Shown: positions 1-10,001, counted from the stretch's first letter. The stretch is DNA of 64,000 bases from Methanotrichaceae archaeon (GCA_963748825.1 CAVVKN010000002.1:1-64000), one strand, 5' to 3'. Notes: generated from the sequence alone by a model not told the origin. Numbers and translations: made by a program.

Positions 1-1
1 T

Positions 2-343
2 TATCCCGATACCGGTAATTTCATCACGTTTGTTTCCAACTTGCGGTCTCGGCGCAGCATGCGGGACTGTGTCCGGGTGTTTGCCTCGGTGACGGATTTT
101 CCGGTGCAATCCATTGCCACTCTGGCCCTTGTGCCGGGAGTGTCCTGGAGTGATCATCTGGCGTTTTGGCGGCACGGTTATAAGGCTTTCATGATTACCG
201 ATACGGCTTTCTATCGTTATCCCTATTACCATACGGCTCAGGATACACCGGATAAGCTCAATTATGTGCCGTTTGCAGAAATGACTAACGGCCTGTTTTT
301 GATGTTATCCCGACTGACGAAAGTGGAAAATCGCAATCCATAG
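2..343 (+). CDS. M28 family peptidase, C-terminal part (5'-partial)
   Basis: Frame is open from position 2 (YPDTGNFITFVSNL...). Motifs WSDHLAFW and DTAFYRYPYYHTAQDTPDKL are typical of M28 C-termini. Confidence 0.8.
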   Translation, partial: YPDTGNFITFVSNLRSRRSMRDCVRVFASVTDFPVQSIATLALVPGVSWSDHLAFWRHGYKAFMITDTAFYRYPYYHTAQDTPDKLNYVPFAEMTNGLFLMLSRLTKVENRNP

Positions 344-744
344 TTAGCTAAGCGTTTGCCGTATTGCAGCCTATATTGTGTTTTGAAAATGGCGCAATAC
401 ACTCCGCTTTAGCAGACTAAAGACTTGCCTGTTTGTCACCGGATCGTCCAAATGCCATGCTGATTGAAGTCCTATTAACTCCAACGTTATCACGGCCCAA
501 TTTTAATATCCGACCGACAACAGCCGTTTATTCGTGGCCGCCATTGGTCTTAGGCCTCACCCAGACATTAGGCATCGGTCGGCTGAAATAGCGTGCTACC
601 CAGCAAAATAGTGAGGCATAATTGCCAGAATAGGATTGCAGAATTATTTGCAATCGCAAATTTTGGAACAAAACCAATCTATGTTCCTCGGCAATCATTG
701 CGGTTATTGCCGGCTATCCATTTGCATTAAATATAAAGTAAGAC

Positions 745-1671
745 ATGAGAAAAATAGCCACTAAAGTGTTAAAACAAATAAACAAGGCCTATGCCAGAAA
801 AGTGATTGATCTCAATGAGTATCGACAGCAGAAAAAAGCAACAGAAGACCTGTTCAAGCAAATAATCACCACAGAAAAAGCCATTAAAACCGGACATGAT
901 CCTTTACATGCTGTTTATATCCATACCCAAAACCTGTTATCAATACTGGTAGAAGCCTTACAAGCTATTCCTGAACCGGCCTTGAGTCGTTTCTTTAATA
1001 CCGTTGCAGCGGCTGATGATGCCTATGTTCCAAGCGGTCCTCCGATGAGCCCCCTCACGAAAAGTTATTTTAATTGCTGGCTATTGTTTGATATGACTGC
1101 CGGAATCCATAAAGAAACTTTCACGACAATTATCATCGATCTGGCAAATCAGTTCGGTTTACATAAAGCGATGTTGGAAGTCATGCAGACGATGCAAGAC
1201 TCTCGCATGGGCATATATGAATTTATGGGACGTCAGGGTGACAAAATTTTATTAAGAGAGCTAATGGGCACTGAAGTCATTCCCTGTATCTGCCCCGCGG
1301 GTTACCGGGGAACACAGCAGGGAGAACTGTGGTTTGTAAGGATTTTGCCTCCTGTCTTAGCGCCATTTGATTACCGTGTTATCTTCACTACACCCTATGT
1401 ATTGCTTAGCCCCGGCAAGAATAGCTGGGAAGCGTATCTTAAGCGCACGATTAGCGACAAGAAAACCAAGACCACGGCAAACTCCCTGGAAAATCTGATG
1501 AAACAGGGCTTGTCAGATTATTATTGGAATGAGTATATTTTCCAGGCCTATGTGAATCACAAACCAGACGTTATTTATCTTCAAGGGTTGCCTGATGTCA
1601 GCTCATCCAGACCTCATCATACCGATATGCCCAAGTATGCATCACTATTACCGGATAGCCCTTTATCATGA
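745..1671 (+). CDS. Conserved hypothetical protein
   Basis: 308-aa ORF with globular composition, 24 bp upstream of recD2; no family recognised. Confidence 0.7.
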   Translation: MRKIATKVLKQINKAYARKVIDLNEYRQQKKATEDLFKQIITTEKAIKTGHDPLHAVYIHTQNLLSILVEALQAIPEPALSRFFNTVAAADDAYVPSGPPMSPLTKSYFNCWLLFDMTAGIHKETFTTIIIDLANQFGLHKAMLEVMQTMQDSRMGIYEFMGRQGDKILLRELMGTEVIPCICPAGYRGTQQGELWFVRILPPVLAPFDYRVIFTTPYVLLSPGKNSWEAYLKRTISDKKTKTTANSLENLMKQGLSDYYWNEYIFQAYVNHKPDVIYLQGLPDVSSSRPHHTDMPKYASLLPDSPLS

Positions 1672-1695
1672 GCAAATAGCTTTAACCGGCCGTCA

Positions 1696-4167
1696 ATGAA
1701 CACTATTACTGAAGTTTTGACAGGTATTGTCAGCAGGGTGACTTATCACAACCCCGCGACGGGCTGGTCGGTCCTGCGTGTGCAACCCTTTCAATCGCCA
1801 CAACAACAAGAAACCGTCACGGTTCATCAAACCAAAGTCTTTGCCGGCGCCACCATGGAATTTCGTGGCGCCTGGACCATTGATCATAAATACGGCCGGC
1901 AATTCAAAGCCACCGAAGCGATTGAAAAGAAGCCGGCCACGACGGCCTCTATTGAAAAATATCTCGGCTCTGGCCTCATTAAGGGGGTGGGTCCGCAAAC
2001 GGCAAAACAGATTGTTAAATATTTTCAGAAAGACACCCTGGCTATCTTTGAAAATGAGATACAGCGCTTAACTGAAGTCCCTGGCATCGCCAAAAAGAAA
2101 CTAAAAATAATTGAGCAGGCATGGACTGAGCACCGTGCTATCAGAGAAGTGATGCTATTTCTTCAGGGCCATGGCATCAGCACCCTGTTTGCAGTGCGCA
2201 TTTATAAAGAATATGGCGATAAAGCGATAGCGATGGTCACAGAAGATCCCTATCGGCTGGCGAATGATATTTATGGGATTGGCTTTTTCTCGGCGGATAA
2301 AGTGGCGCTGAGTATTGGCTTGGCGGAAAACAGCCAACAACGTATGATGGCAGCGATCAAACATGTGTTGGCCGCCAGTCGTGAGCAAGGCCATTGTTAT
2401 CTGACCGAGCCACAGATCAATACCGGCATCATTGAACTGATTGCAATAAACCTGGGTGAACGGCTAAAAGAGTATCTGGGCTTAATGCAACAAGCCGGTC
2501 AGCTTTGTACCCGACTCCTTAACAAAGATACTGTGGAAACCATCGGCTATTACTCAAAGACACTTTTTTATGATGAAACCGCTGTCGCTGCCATACTACG
2601 GGGAATGAAGGAGCCTGTCGCGAGTGAGCCGGAGAGAATTGCCCAGTGGGTCACTGCCTATTGCCAGAATAAACACATCACGTTAAGTGATGAACAGGCC
2701 AATGCCGTTAACGGCGTGGTGCAACACCGTTTTTCAATACTGACTGGCGGACCTGGCTGCGGAAAAACCACGACGACCTTAGTGATCGTTCGTCTACTGG
2801 AGGCCATGAACAAGACCGTTTTACTGGCTGCGCCTACTGGACGTGCTTCGCAGCGGATGAGCGAGGTGATCGGCCGGGAAGCTAAAACCATTCATCGACT
2901 GCTGGAATGGAAAGGCGGTGAGTTCCAGATGAATGAAGCCTCCAAATTAAAAACCGATTTCCTGATTGTCGATGAATGCTCGATGTTGGATATCAGTTTA
3001 ACGGCGTCCTTATTAAAAGCGGTACCCCTTGACTGTCAGGTGCTGTTTATAGGCGATCCGGATCAATTACCTGCTGTCGGAGCAGGCAATGTCCTTAAGG
3101 ATATGATTGCTTCCGAAGTGATCCCCTGTTTTCGATTAACGCAGGTTTTTCGTCAGGCGCAAGCCTCCTTGATCATCCAATATGCGCATCAGATTAATAA
3201 AGGACAAACACCGGCTATTGAGTCACCGTTTAAAAACCCTGAGCTCTGGCACAAAAAAGCCGATTGTTTGTTTATTGATTCGGATGAGGCGACTCAAGAG
3301 CAACTGGGTTTTATTACCCGCGTGAAACGCCATTTTGATTGGAAAAACCCTGAGTTGGAGAACCTGGTTGCCGATCAATCCCATCAGTCACCCTTCGAGT
3401 TCAGAATAGAAGAGGCCATCAAGTCCGCTTATGAAGTGGACTTCGTGGTCCCTGATAAATTCAAACATGTGGATATTGAGCAATTAACACAAACTGAGGC
3501 TCAGGTTGATGCGCTGAAAGCGGTAGTCAAGAAAATACATCCGTGGTCTTCACTGCATTATGGCCTATCTGCTGTTGATACCGTGGTTAAGCTTTATCTT
3601 GAGTGGATTCCCAAATACCACGGACAGGATACAGAAATTCAGATTTTAACCCCAATGACCCGTGGCAGTCTGGGCTCTGCCCATCTCAATCAGGTGATTC
3701 AGGCAAAAGCTAACCCACCCGCTGAAAACAAGTGTCAATTGAAAGTGGGGGAACGGATATTCAGAGAAGGGGATCGGGTGATACACCGTCGCAATAATTA
3801 CGATCTTAATGTCTTCAATGGGGATATTGGCAAAATCGTGACCATAGATAATGAGGAACTGACAGCAGTGGTGACTTTTTATCCGGATCACAGAGCAGTG
3901 CAGTATAAAAAAGAAGATATTATGGAGCTCGATCTGGCTTATGCGATTACCATTCATAAGTCTCAGGGCAGCGAATTTAAAGCGGTTATTATTCCTATCC
4001 TTAGCCAACATTTTAAAATGCTTTATCGTAATCTTATTTATACGGGATTAACGAGGGCAAAGACTTTAGCGGTCTTTGTCGGCACCCGGAAAGCCTTATC
4101 CATGGCGATACGACAACAGGATGTGAGCCAGAGACAGACGGCTTTAGAGGTCTTGATTAAGGCGTAA
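1696..4167 (+). CDS. recD2: ATP-dependent RecD2-like SF1B DNA helicase
   Basis: N-terminal OB-like region, HhH (IKGVGPQTA), Walker A GGPGCGKT, DECSM, GDPDQLPAVG, LAYAITIHKSQGSE and LIYTGLTRAK. Confidence 0.93.
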   Translation: MNTITEVLTGIVSRVTYHNPATGWSVLRVQPFQSPQQQETVTVHQTKVFAGATMEFRGAWTIDHKYGRQFKATEAIEKKPATTASIEKYLGSGLIKGVGPQTAKQIVKYFQKDTLAIFENEIQRLTEVPGIAKKKLKIIEQAWTEHRAIREVMLFLQGHGISTLFAVRIYKEYGDKAIAMVTEDPYRLANDIYGIGFFSADKVALSIGLAENSQQRMMAAIKHVLAASREQGHCYLTEPQINTGIIELIAINLGERLKEYLGLMQQAGQLCTRLLNKDTVETIGYYSKTLFYDETAVAAILRGMKEPVASEPERIAQWVTAYCQNKHITLSDEQANAVNGVVQHRFSILTGGPGCGKTTTTLVIVRLLEAMNKTVLLAAPTGRASQRMSEVIGREAKTIHRLLEWKGGEFQMNEASKLKTDFLIVDECSMLDISLTASLLKAVPLDCQVLFIGDPDQLPAVGAGNVLKDMIASEVIPCFRLTQVFRQAQASLIIQYAHQINKGQTPAIESPFKNPELWHKKADCLFIDSDEATQEQLGFITRVKRHFDWKNPELENLVADQSHQSPFEFRIEEAIKSAYEVDFVVPDKFKHVDIEQLTQTEAQVDALKAVVKKIHPWSSLHYGLSAVDTVVKLYLEWIPKYHGQDTEIQILTPMTRGSLGSAHLNQVIQAKANPPAENKCQLKVGERIFREGDRVIHRRNNYDLNVFNGDIGKIVTIDNEELTAVVTFYPDHRAVQYKKEDIMELDLAYAITIHKSQGSEFKAVIIPILSQHFKMLYRNLIYTGLTRAKTLAVFVGTRKALSMAIRQQDVSQRQTALEVLIKA

Positions 4168-4288
4168 GCCATTAGGGCCAGACATAAAACCGGCAATCTG
4201 GAAACACGCAACTTCCATTGACATTATTCCTCCCGCTAAAGGTTGCGGCTCCAGGAAACAGATAAAACCAGCACTATAAAATTGAACA

Positions 4289-4558
4289 ATGGCCAAGGTA
4301 AAAAAGAAGCTTACAACTGCTCAGAAGCGTGTAAGAAAAAAGACCAAAGAAGAAAACCGAAAAAAGTACCTATGGGTATTCCTAAATGGAAAGCAAGTAA
4401 AAATCAAAAGACCGCCCATGATCGAAGGAATTGATGCTGAAGAGTATATCCAACAAAATGCTGATCCAATATGGCTGCATCAAAACGGCATGTGGGAATA
4501 CATCAGGGACGAGGGGGAAAAGCACGAAGCCGATGCTGAGGACATGGATAAACTGTAA
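4289..4558 (+). CDS. Small hypothetical protein with basic N-terminus
   Basis: 89-aa ORF, protein-like (NADPIWLHQNGMWEY). Confidence 0.65.
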   Translation: MAKVKKKLTTAQKRVRKKTKEENRKKYLWVFLNGKQVKIKRPPMIEGIDAEEYIQQNADPIWLHQNGMWEYIRDEGEKHEADAEDMDKL

Positions 4559-4621
4559 TGCCATTTTTTTAAACGGGCATATTTTCCCAACTGTTTGACA
4601 AGCCGAAAACCGATGAATTGA

Positions 4622-5578
4622 ATGTCTCAGCCAGGTAATAAAAACGATCAAGCAAAGCTTCCGGACAAGCGCTTTCCTTGTGGTTACGCGCAAACTAGCG
4701 AACAACACCGGCAAAATTTAAACGACATCGTTGAGTCGCACCTTAACGAGGCAAAAAATCGTGTCACGCCAGTCTATTTGAAGTATTTTGCTTCGCCGAG
4801 TGTTGTCTTAAGCCGCCATTGGCGACACCGAGGCGATATTCCCAAGGAGTTAGCTACCCTGCCGCGTTCTGCTTGGGGCTTTATCAAGTCAGCAGCCAGC
4901 GTTAAGAAAAATCAGCCGGATAAACAACTCAATTCTATTTCTTTATCGGGTAAGCAACTTGAGTTGTATACCGCGATTGAAGTCGAGTTGCTTGATTTAC
5001 GCGGCTTGGACAAAAAGCTTCAGGATTATGTCGCTCATTATCAAGCCAATTTCGATGCCAAATTGAGTGATTTACTTAACGGACTTCCAACAAATCAGCG
5101 TGAGGAAGTTGAGAGACAACTCTCCCATCATATTGAACGAATGTCTCTTCCTGTTGAAGGTTCACGAGAAGCATTGATGTTTTTATTGACCGGCTTAATG
5201 GGTAAAGGTCTGGGAGCCAGTGGCTTTGGAAGTAGCATTGCTACTGGTCAAGCTGCTGCAACAGCGATTTATACAAGCAATCTGTCCTGGTGGGGCAGTC
5301 TATGGGTGAGTCTAACCGGAGTTCCTGCTTGGGTAGGTTTGGTTGGAGCGACAAGCGGATTACTGGCAACACTCATCATCGCGCCTTTTTTCGCACCTTT
5401 GCTGGAAGTTGGCGTCAATCGATTTCGAGGCAAAAAAATGTTACTTGAAATCATTGAGCATGTGAGGACGCGTGTCATCAAACCGCCAAGCGATGCGGTG
5501 GATGTTTTAGGAAAGCTTGCTGTCTATCTGCAACTGCTTCCCGATATTATTCGTTTTGCGGCTAAGATCAAGCCATGA
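4622..5578 (+). CDS. Hypothetical protein with C-terminal Gly-rich hydrophobic segments
   Basis: 318-aa ORF with predicted TM segments near aa 185-260. Confidence 0.65.
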   Translation: MSQPGNKNDQAKLPDKRFPCGYAQTSEQHRQNLNDIVESHLNEAKNRVTPVYLKYFASPSVVLSRHWRHRGDIPKELATLPRSAWGFIKSAASVKKNQPDKQLNSISLSGKQLELYTAIEVELLDLRGLDKKLQDYVAHYQANFDAKLSDLLNGLPTNQREEVERQLSHHIERMSLPVEGSREALMFLLTGLMGKGLGASGFGSSIATGQAAATAIYTSNLSWWGSLWVSLTGVPAWVGLVGATSGLLATLIIAPFFAPLLEVGVNRFRGKKMLLEIIEHVRTRVIKPPSDAVDVLGKLAVYLQLLPDIIRFAAKIKP

Positions 5579-5859
5579 TTGAGGTAGTGTATAACCTTTT
5601 CCAGGCACAAAATTTAGCGACAGGATACGGCTTATCTTATGCTCTATTGAGTAGCCAAATAAAGCAACTGCCAATTCAAAGGGGTATTAATTCCGTTATT
5701 AAACATTGAGTCGCCGGTTTACCTGAAAATGTTTATCAACACCGGATATCTATAATAACTACCGTATAGGATCCTTACCTGGTCCGAGTCTATCCTTTTA
5801 TCCGTGTTTACTTATTTTCCGAAACGCGAGTAAAATCCCTCAAACCAAGGGAGGCTTTT

Positions 5860-6285
5860 ATGTCTGAAGGGTTGATACTCATTTTTGTCCTTTATATTAT
5901 TTATCTCATTATGAAAAAACCAAAAACCACCACCGAAAAGCCAGTGCCTAAAGCTAAAACTGAACAACCCACTACGACCGTAGCCACTAAAGCAACTTCT
6001 AAAAAACCAAGCCCGGATCAGAAACCCGCTAAAAAGACTCAAGCCGTGGCTCCCCAACCGGATGCGGCGGCGCCGGAAATAGCAATGCCTGAACGCGTGG
6101 GTTTGACTGCGGGAAACATTTGGCATTACTTGACTGAAAATGGCGCTACTCCTGTTGCCAAATTGGTTCGGGAGCTTCCTGAAGAAGAAAAAATCATCCA
6201 GCGCAGCATTGGCTGGTTAGCTCAGGAAGGCAAAATAACGCTCGACACAGTTGACCGGGTTGAGACCATCGCCTTGAAAGGCTAG
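5860..6285 (+). CDS. Winged helix-turn-helix protein (DUF2582-like) with N-terminal membrane anchor and K/T/P-rich linker
   Basis: C-terminal VGLTAGNIWHYL...IQRSIGWLAQEGKI; GGAGG SD upstream of 5860. Confidence 0.75.
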   Translation: MSEGLILIFVLYIIYLIMKKPKTTTEKPVPKAKTEQPTTTVATKATSKKPSPDQKPAKKTQAVAPQPDAAAPEIAMPERVGLTAGNIWHYLTENGATPVAKLVRELPEEEKIIQRSIGWLAQEGKITLDTVDRVETIALKG

Positions 6286-6355
6286 CCGTTATGATGATTT
6301 TGTCGAGTAATGGGTAGCAGTATACCTTTTAAAATCGCTATAAAGCATTGAGCTG

Positions 6356-7201
6356 ATGGGAAGCACTGCACAGTCTTCAAGTGGGCAAACTGCTCACACC
6401 AAAGTTTTCCTGGTCACCGGTGCTACCGGGGCGATAGGCAAGGCCATTGCCCGGCAATTGGCTAACATACAAGATTCCAAGGTGGTATTAGTATGCCGCG
6501 ACCAACAGAAAGCGGTATTGGCGGTCAATGAAATAACGTCTCTGACCGGAAATTCCGAAGTGAGCTATGAGCTTGCCGACTTAAGCCGGTATGAACAAAT
6601 CCACAACTTGGCAAAACGGTGGCAAGGACCTTTACATGTTTTGATCAACAATGCTGCTTGTACACCCCGCTCTCGACAGGAAACACCTGAAGGCATTGAA
6701 ATGCAGTTTGCCACTAATGTTCTTGGCTACTATTGGTTAATCGACGAATTCATGGAGATATTAAAAGCATCAGCGCCTGCGCGTGTTGTTAATGTAGCCA
6801 GCTACTGGGCTGGAGGACTGGATCTCAATGATTTGGAATTCACTCGCCGAAGCTATGATAATGACCAGGCTTACCGGCAATCCAAACAAGCCAACCGTAT
6901 GCTAAGTTCAGTCTTTGCCGAAAAATTAAAGCCCTATCAGGTCGCTGTCAATGCCTGTCATCCTGGCGATGTGAATTCGGTGTTGAGTAATAATTTGGGA
7001 TTTGGTGGACATGAAACGCCAGATCAGGGAGCCGAAACGCCGGTTTGGCTAGCGACTCATCCTGTCGGCCAGGAATATACAGGGCGATACTTCGAACATT
7101 TACGCGAAACAAATTGTCTTTTTGCTCGCGATAAACACATGGCAAACGCTCTTTTTGAGAGTTGCGCAAACTATGCTAAACATAAAAGTGAAAAAAAATG
7201 A
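6356..7201 (+). CDS. SDR family NAD(P)-dependent oxidoreductase (retinol dehydrogenase-like)
   Basis: TGATGAIG, LINNAA, YRQSK catalytic motif and HPG. Confidence 0.9.
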   Translation: MGSTAQSSSGQTAHTKVFLVTGATGAIGKAIARQLANIQDSKVVLVCRDQQKAVLAVNEITSLTGNSEVSYELADLSRYEQIHNLAKRWQGPLHVLINNAACTPRSRQETPEGIEMQFATNVLGYYWLIDEFMEILKASAPARVVNVASYWAGGLDLNDLEFTRRSYDNDQAYRQSKQANRMLSSVFAEKLKPYQVAVNACHPGDVNSVLSNNLGFGGHETPDQGAETPVWLATHPVGQEYTGRYFEHLRETNCLFARDKHMANALFESCANYAKHKSEKK

Positions 7202-7213
7202 GCTAAATCAATT

Positions 7214-7226
7214 GGACTGGAATCAA
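7214..7226 (-). pseudogene. rpoN: 5' stub of RNA polymerase subunit N (Rpo10), cut at the bacterial/archaeal junction
   Basis: Six nt after the rps9 stop the minus strand reads TTG ATT CCA GTC C (MIPV; RpoN begins MIPVRCFTCG), preceded by the SD AGGTGA. rpoN normally follows rps9. Confidence 0.65.
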
Positions 7227-7232
7227 GCAGTT

Positions 7233-7631
7233 TCACCTGTAGGACTTTTGGTACTTAGACCTGGCACCAAGTCCACCGAACTTTTTCCTCTCTTTGTGCC
7301 GATGATCGTTGACGAGGAGATTTCGGTCGTACTCGGAGAAAGCCTCTTTCAGTCCGGTATCGCCAGTCCACTCCACAATACCCTTGGCGATGGCCGTTCT
7401 TACGGCATCCGTCTGGCCCATGGTACCGCCGCCGGCAACAACGACATCGATATTCATTGTTTTTATCAGATCTCCCGCGATCTGAACGGGTTCTTGAATC
7501 TTGAGTCTGGCAAGGCGGGGCTCGTAAATCTCTAAGGGCACCTTGTTGATGCGCACAACGCCCTTTCCATCTTTTAAAGTGGCCCTTGCAGTTGCCGTCT
7601 TCTTCTTACCCGAGGTATTAATTATCTTCAT
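7233..7631 (-). CDS. rps9: 30S ribosomal protein uS9
   Basis: [18 protein letters not shown] and the C-terminal [17 protein letters not shown] (archaeal type). Confidence 0.97.
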   Translation of the reverse strand: MKIINTSGKKKTATARATLKDGKGVVRINKVPLEIYEPRLARLKIQEPVQIAGDLIKTMNIDVVVAGGGTMGQTDAVRTAIAKGIVEWTGDTGLKEAFSEYDRNLLVNDHRHKERKKFGGLGARSKYQKSYR

Positions 7632-7641
7632 AGCAAGCCCT

Positions 7642-8061
7642 TCAGAAGTTTGCGCCGAGTCTTCGGCTCAAGGCCCCAAGCTCGATATATTTGTTATTGC
7701 TCTCGGTTCTCATCTTAGCAGCGGTTGGTTGCTCTAATGGCATTCCCTTCAGCTCTCTGGGTATGCCCACAAATATCCGCAGCCGGGAGAATGCATCTCT
7801 TCCCCGTCTCATCTTGTAGGGAAGCATGCCACGTACCGTCCTCTTGAGGATCATTTCTGGTCGGCGGGGGAAGTAGGGGCCTCTCTCCTTATGGCCGCGG
7901 TCCCTTGTCTGCCCATACTCAGCAAAAATGGAATCTTTCCCACCAGTAATGAGTGCCTTCTCGGCATTGACGATCTTGACCTCTTCGCCTGCCAGGAGAT
8001 TCTTGGCGGTTACGCTCGCCAGGCGTCCCAGGACCAATCCAGTTGCATCTACTACTATCAT
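7642..8061 (-). CDS. rpl13: 50S ribosomal protein uL13
   Basis: [12 protein letters not shown] and [10 protein letters not shown]. Confidence 0.97.
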   Translation of the reverse strand: MIVVDATGLVLGRLASVTAKNLLAGEEVKIVNAEKALITGGKDSIFAEYGQTRDRGHKERGPYFPRRPEMILKRTVRGMLPYKMRRGRDAFSRLRIFVGIPRELKGMPLEQPTAAKMRTESNNKYIELGALSRRLGANF

Positions 8062-8065
8062 TGCT

Positions 8066-8425
8066 TCACCTCAAAATCTTTATGCCCGATCCCTTGGGAT
8101 GTTCGGCCATCAGCTTTTCAATCGTCAGACATTTCCCGCCAGCTGCCTGAATCTTGGACAATGCCTGGCTGCTAAAATTGAAAGCTGCCACGGTAACGCT
8201 GTGTTCCAGATCGCCGGAGGCCAGCACTTTTCCGGCCACGAGCACAGTATCGTTAGACTGGGTGTGCCTATTGATCTTGCTGAGGTTTACAGCAGCGTAG
8301 TTGCGACTGGGCTTCTCCATTCTCTTGGCGATATCGCGCCAGAGGGGTGCGCCAGTTTCGCGAGAGGCCGCCTTAAGTTCACCGATAAGACGGACTATCC
8401 TTGGATTTGTCTTTTCAAATGCCAT
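8066..8425 (-). CDS. rpl18e: 50S ribosomal protein eL18
   Basis: [21 protein letters not shown]; GGAGGA SD at 8431-8436 favours the ATG at 8425. Confidence 0.96.
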   Translation of the reverse strand: MAFEKTNPRIVRLIGELKAASRETGAPLWRDIAKRMEKPSRNYAAVNLSKINRHTQSNDTVLVAGKVLASGDLEHSVTVAAFNFSSQALSKIQAAGGKCLTIEKLMAEHPKGSGIKILR

Positions 8426-8433
8426 TTCAATCC

Positions 8434-8532
8434 TCCGCACGGCCCCAATCGGGCCGACTCACGCGCAAAGCCGCGCGCGTTCGAACCTGTTATTTGGTTC
8501 ATGCGCCCAGGGCATCATTATCCCTGTGCGGA
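8434..8532 (-). ncRNA. Structured 5' leader of the rpl18e-rpl13-rps9 operon (closing helix plus four hairpins)
   Basis: Helices 8434-8440/8526-8532, 8441-8445/8451-8455, 8461-8466/8475-8480, 8483-8487/8496-8500 and 8509-8512/8522-8525. Confidence 0.6.
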
Positions 8533-8556
8533 ATATCTAGATCGACAATGCGCCAG

Positions 8557-8572
8557 TATTTAAGGGTTTTCC
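8557..8572 (-). promoter_or_regulatory. Archaeal BRE/TATA promoter of the r-protein operon
   Basis: Minus strand GGAAAACCC-TTAAATA, about 25 nt upstream of the structured leader. Confidence 0.6.
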
Positions 8573-8738
8573 AAAGCCTGTCGCAGGGCGGCATAAGAAT
8601 TTTGTCTTGAAAGTAGCAGCAAGACGCTGTCCTGCCATGGAAGTAAGCTGAAGGCATAGAGAACATTTTCGGATCTATAGTTCGTACCAAAAGTAAGGTA
8701 TTAATGTAAGAACCATTAGAAAAATACACTGAAGTAAA

Positions 8739-10001
8739 ATGATCGACATCCTCCTCCCTGCCTGCATCGCTTTTGGTTTTGCTCTGGGAATCCTGAGCGG
8801 CCTTACCCCGGGTCTGCATCTGAACAACTTTGCAGCCATGCTGCTGGCCATCTCGCCGCAGCTGTTGGCCATGGGCCTCTCGCCCTTTCAAATGGCCTCG
8901 ATCATTCTGGCCGCCAGCATCTCTCAAACATTCTTTGATGCCATTCCAGCCATCTTCCTGGGCGCGCCGGACTCTGAGACAGCCTTGACCGTTCTGCCCG
9001 GCCAGAGGCTCATGCTGGAGGGGCGAGGCATCGAGGCGGTGCGGCTCTCGGCTCTGGGCAGTGCGGGATCAGTGCTTTTTGCTATTCTCTTGATCATCCC
9101 GCTTTCCTGGATCGTCTCCAGCTACTACGATTATCTCACAAAATATGTGGGCATTCTGCTTTTAGCCATCGCCCTCATGATGATCAAGTCGGAGAGAGGC
9201 CCCTGGATTGAGGGACAGGGTTCCTGGGTACACTGGAAGTACAAGGCAGTTGCCGCGCTGCTTTTCATAACCAGCGGCCTTCTCGGCATATTTGCTTTTG
9301 ATCACGAGGAGTTGCTGAGTTCACCCCTGGGTCTGGAGCCGCAGGTGCTCCTGCCCCTCCTGTCCGGCATCTTCGGTGCCTCCTCTCTTCTGCTCAGCCT
9401 TTCCACAGAAACGGAGATTCCGGAGCAGAAGGAGAGCGAGATCAAGCTCTCATCCAGCGCCCTCGCCAAAGCAGTCTTCTCCGGCGGCCTGGGGGGCTCG
9501 GTAGTGGCCTGGATTCCCGGTGTCTCGCCTTCCGTAGCTGCGATAACAGCGCGCTTGGGGGCTATTCCTAGCCCGGAGGAGTTCCTGGTCTCTATTGCCG
9601 GAGTGAACACTGCCAACGCCCTATTCTCGCTGGTGGCACTTTATGTGATAGACAAGCCCAGGAGTGGAGCGGCAGCAGCCATCCAGGAGCTTATGACTCT
9701 CGACCAGAGCATATTGGCCCAGATGATACTAATTGTAGTAATAGTTGCGGCGGCATCCTATCTGGCCTGCATTGGCGCGGCGCGCCTGGCCGGGCGGGCC
9801 ATATCCCAACTCAACTACCGGCTGCTCTGTTTAAGCGTGCTGTTCTTTTTGGTGGCTATGACCTACGCTTTTACGGGGATCTTCGGGCTGTTCATCTTCT
9901 TCCTGTCCACGGTGGTGGGCCTGATTGCGCCGGTGGCAGGAATCCACAGGACGCATGCCATGGGGGTGCTGATGCTGCCGCTGATTTTGAGGTATATCTA
10001 G
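8739..10001 (+). CDS. Tripartite tricarboxylate transporter permease (TctA/DUF112 family)
   Basis: Polytopic membrane protein with GLTPGLHLN and IPAIFLGAPD...VLPGQRL. Confidence 0.85.
   Translation: MIDILLPACIAFGFALGILSGLTPGLHLNNFAAMLLAISPQLLAMGLSPFQMASIILAASISQTFFDAIPAIFLGAPDSETALTVLPGQRLMLEGRGIEAVRLSALGSAGSVLFAILLIIPLSWIVSSYYDYLTKYVGILLLAIALMMIKSERGPWIEGQGSWVHWKYKAVAALLFITSGLLGIFAFDHEELLSSPLGLEPQVLLPLLSGIFGASSLLLSLSTETEIPEQKESEIKLSSSALAKAVFSGGLGGSVVAWIPGVSPSVAAITARLGAIPSPEEFLVSIAGVNTANALFSLVALYVIDKPRSGAAAAIQELMTLDQSILAQMILIVVIVAAASYLACIGAARLAGRAISQLNYRLLCLSVLFFLVAMTYAFTGIFGLFIFFLSTVVGLIAPVAGIHRTHAMGVLMLPLILRYI

Noticed and set aside
344-5860. Integron cassette array in the bacterial block
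   Set aside because: No integrase and no repeated attC-like sites between the genes.
1-7213. Genuine bacterial-to-archaeal genomic island
   Set aside because: The join destroys a core RNA polymerase gene and has no mobility signature, so an artefact is the simpler explanation.
7122-7535. 137-aa ORF spanning the junction
   Set aside because: Mostly antisense to rps9 and crosses the chimeric join.
8434-8532. tRNA-Leu upstream of rpl18e
   Set aside because: It has a 7-bp closing stem and GGTTCGA, but the arm order, D-loop and anticodon arm do not fit a tRNA. Reported as a structured leader instead.
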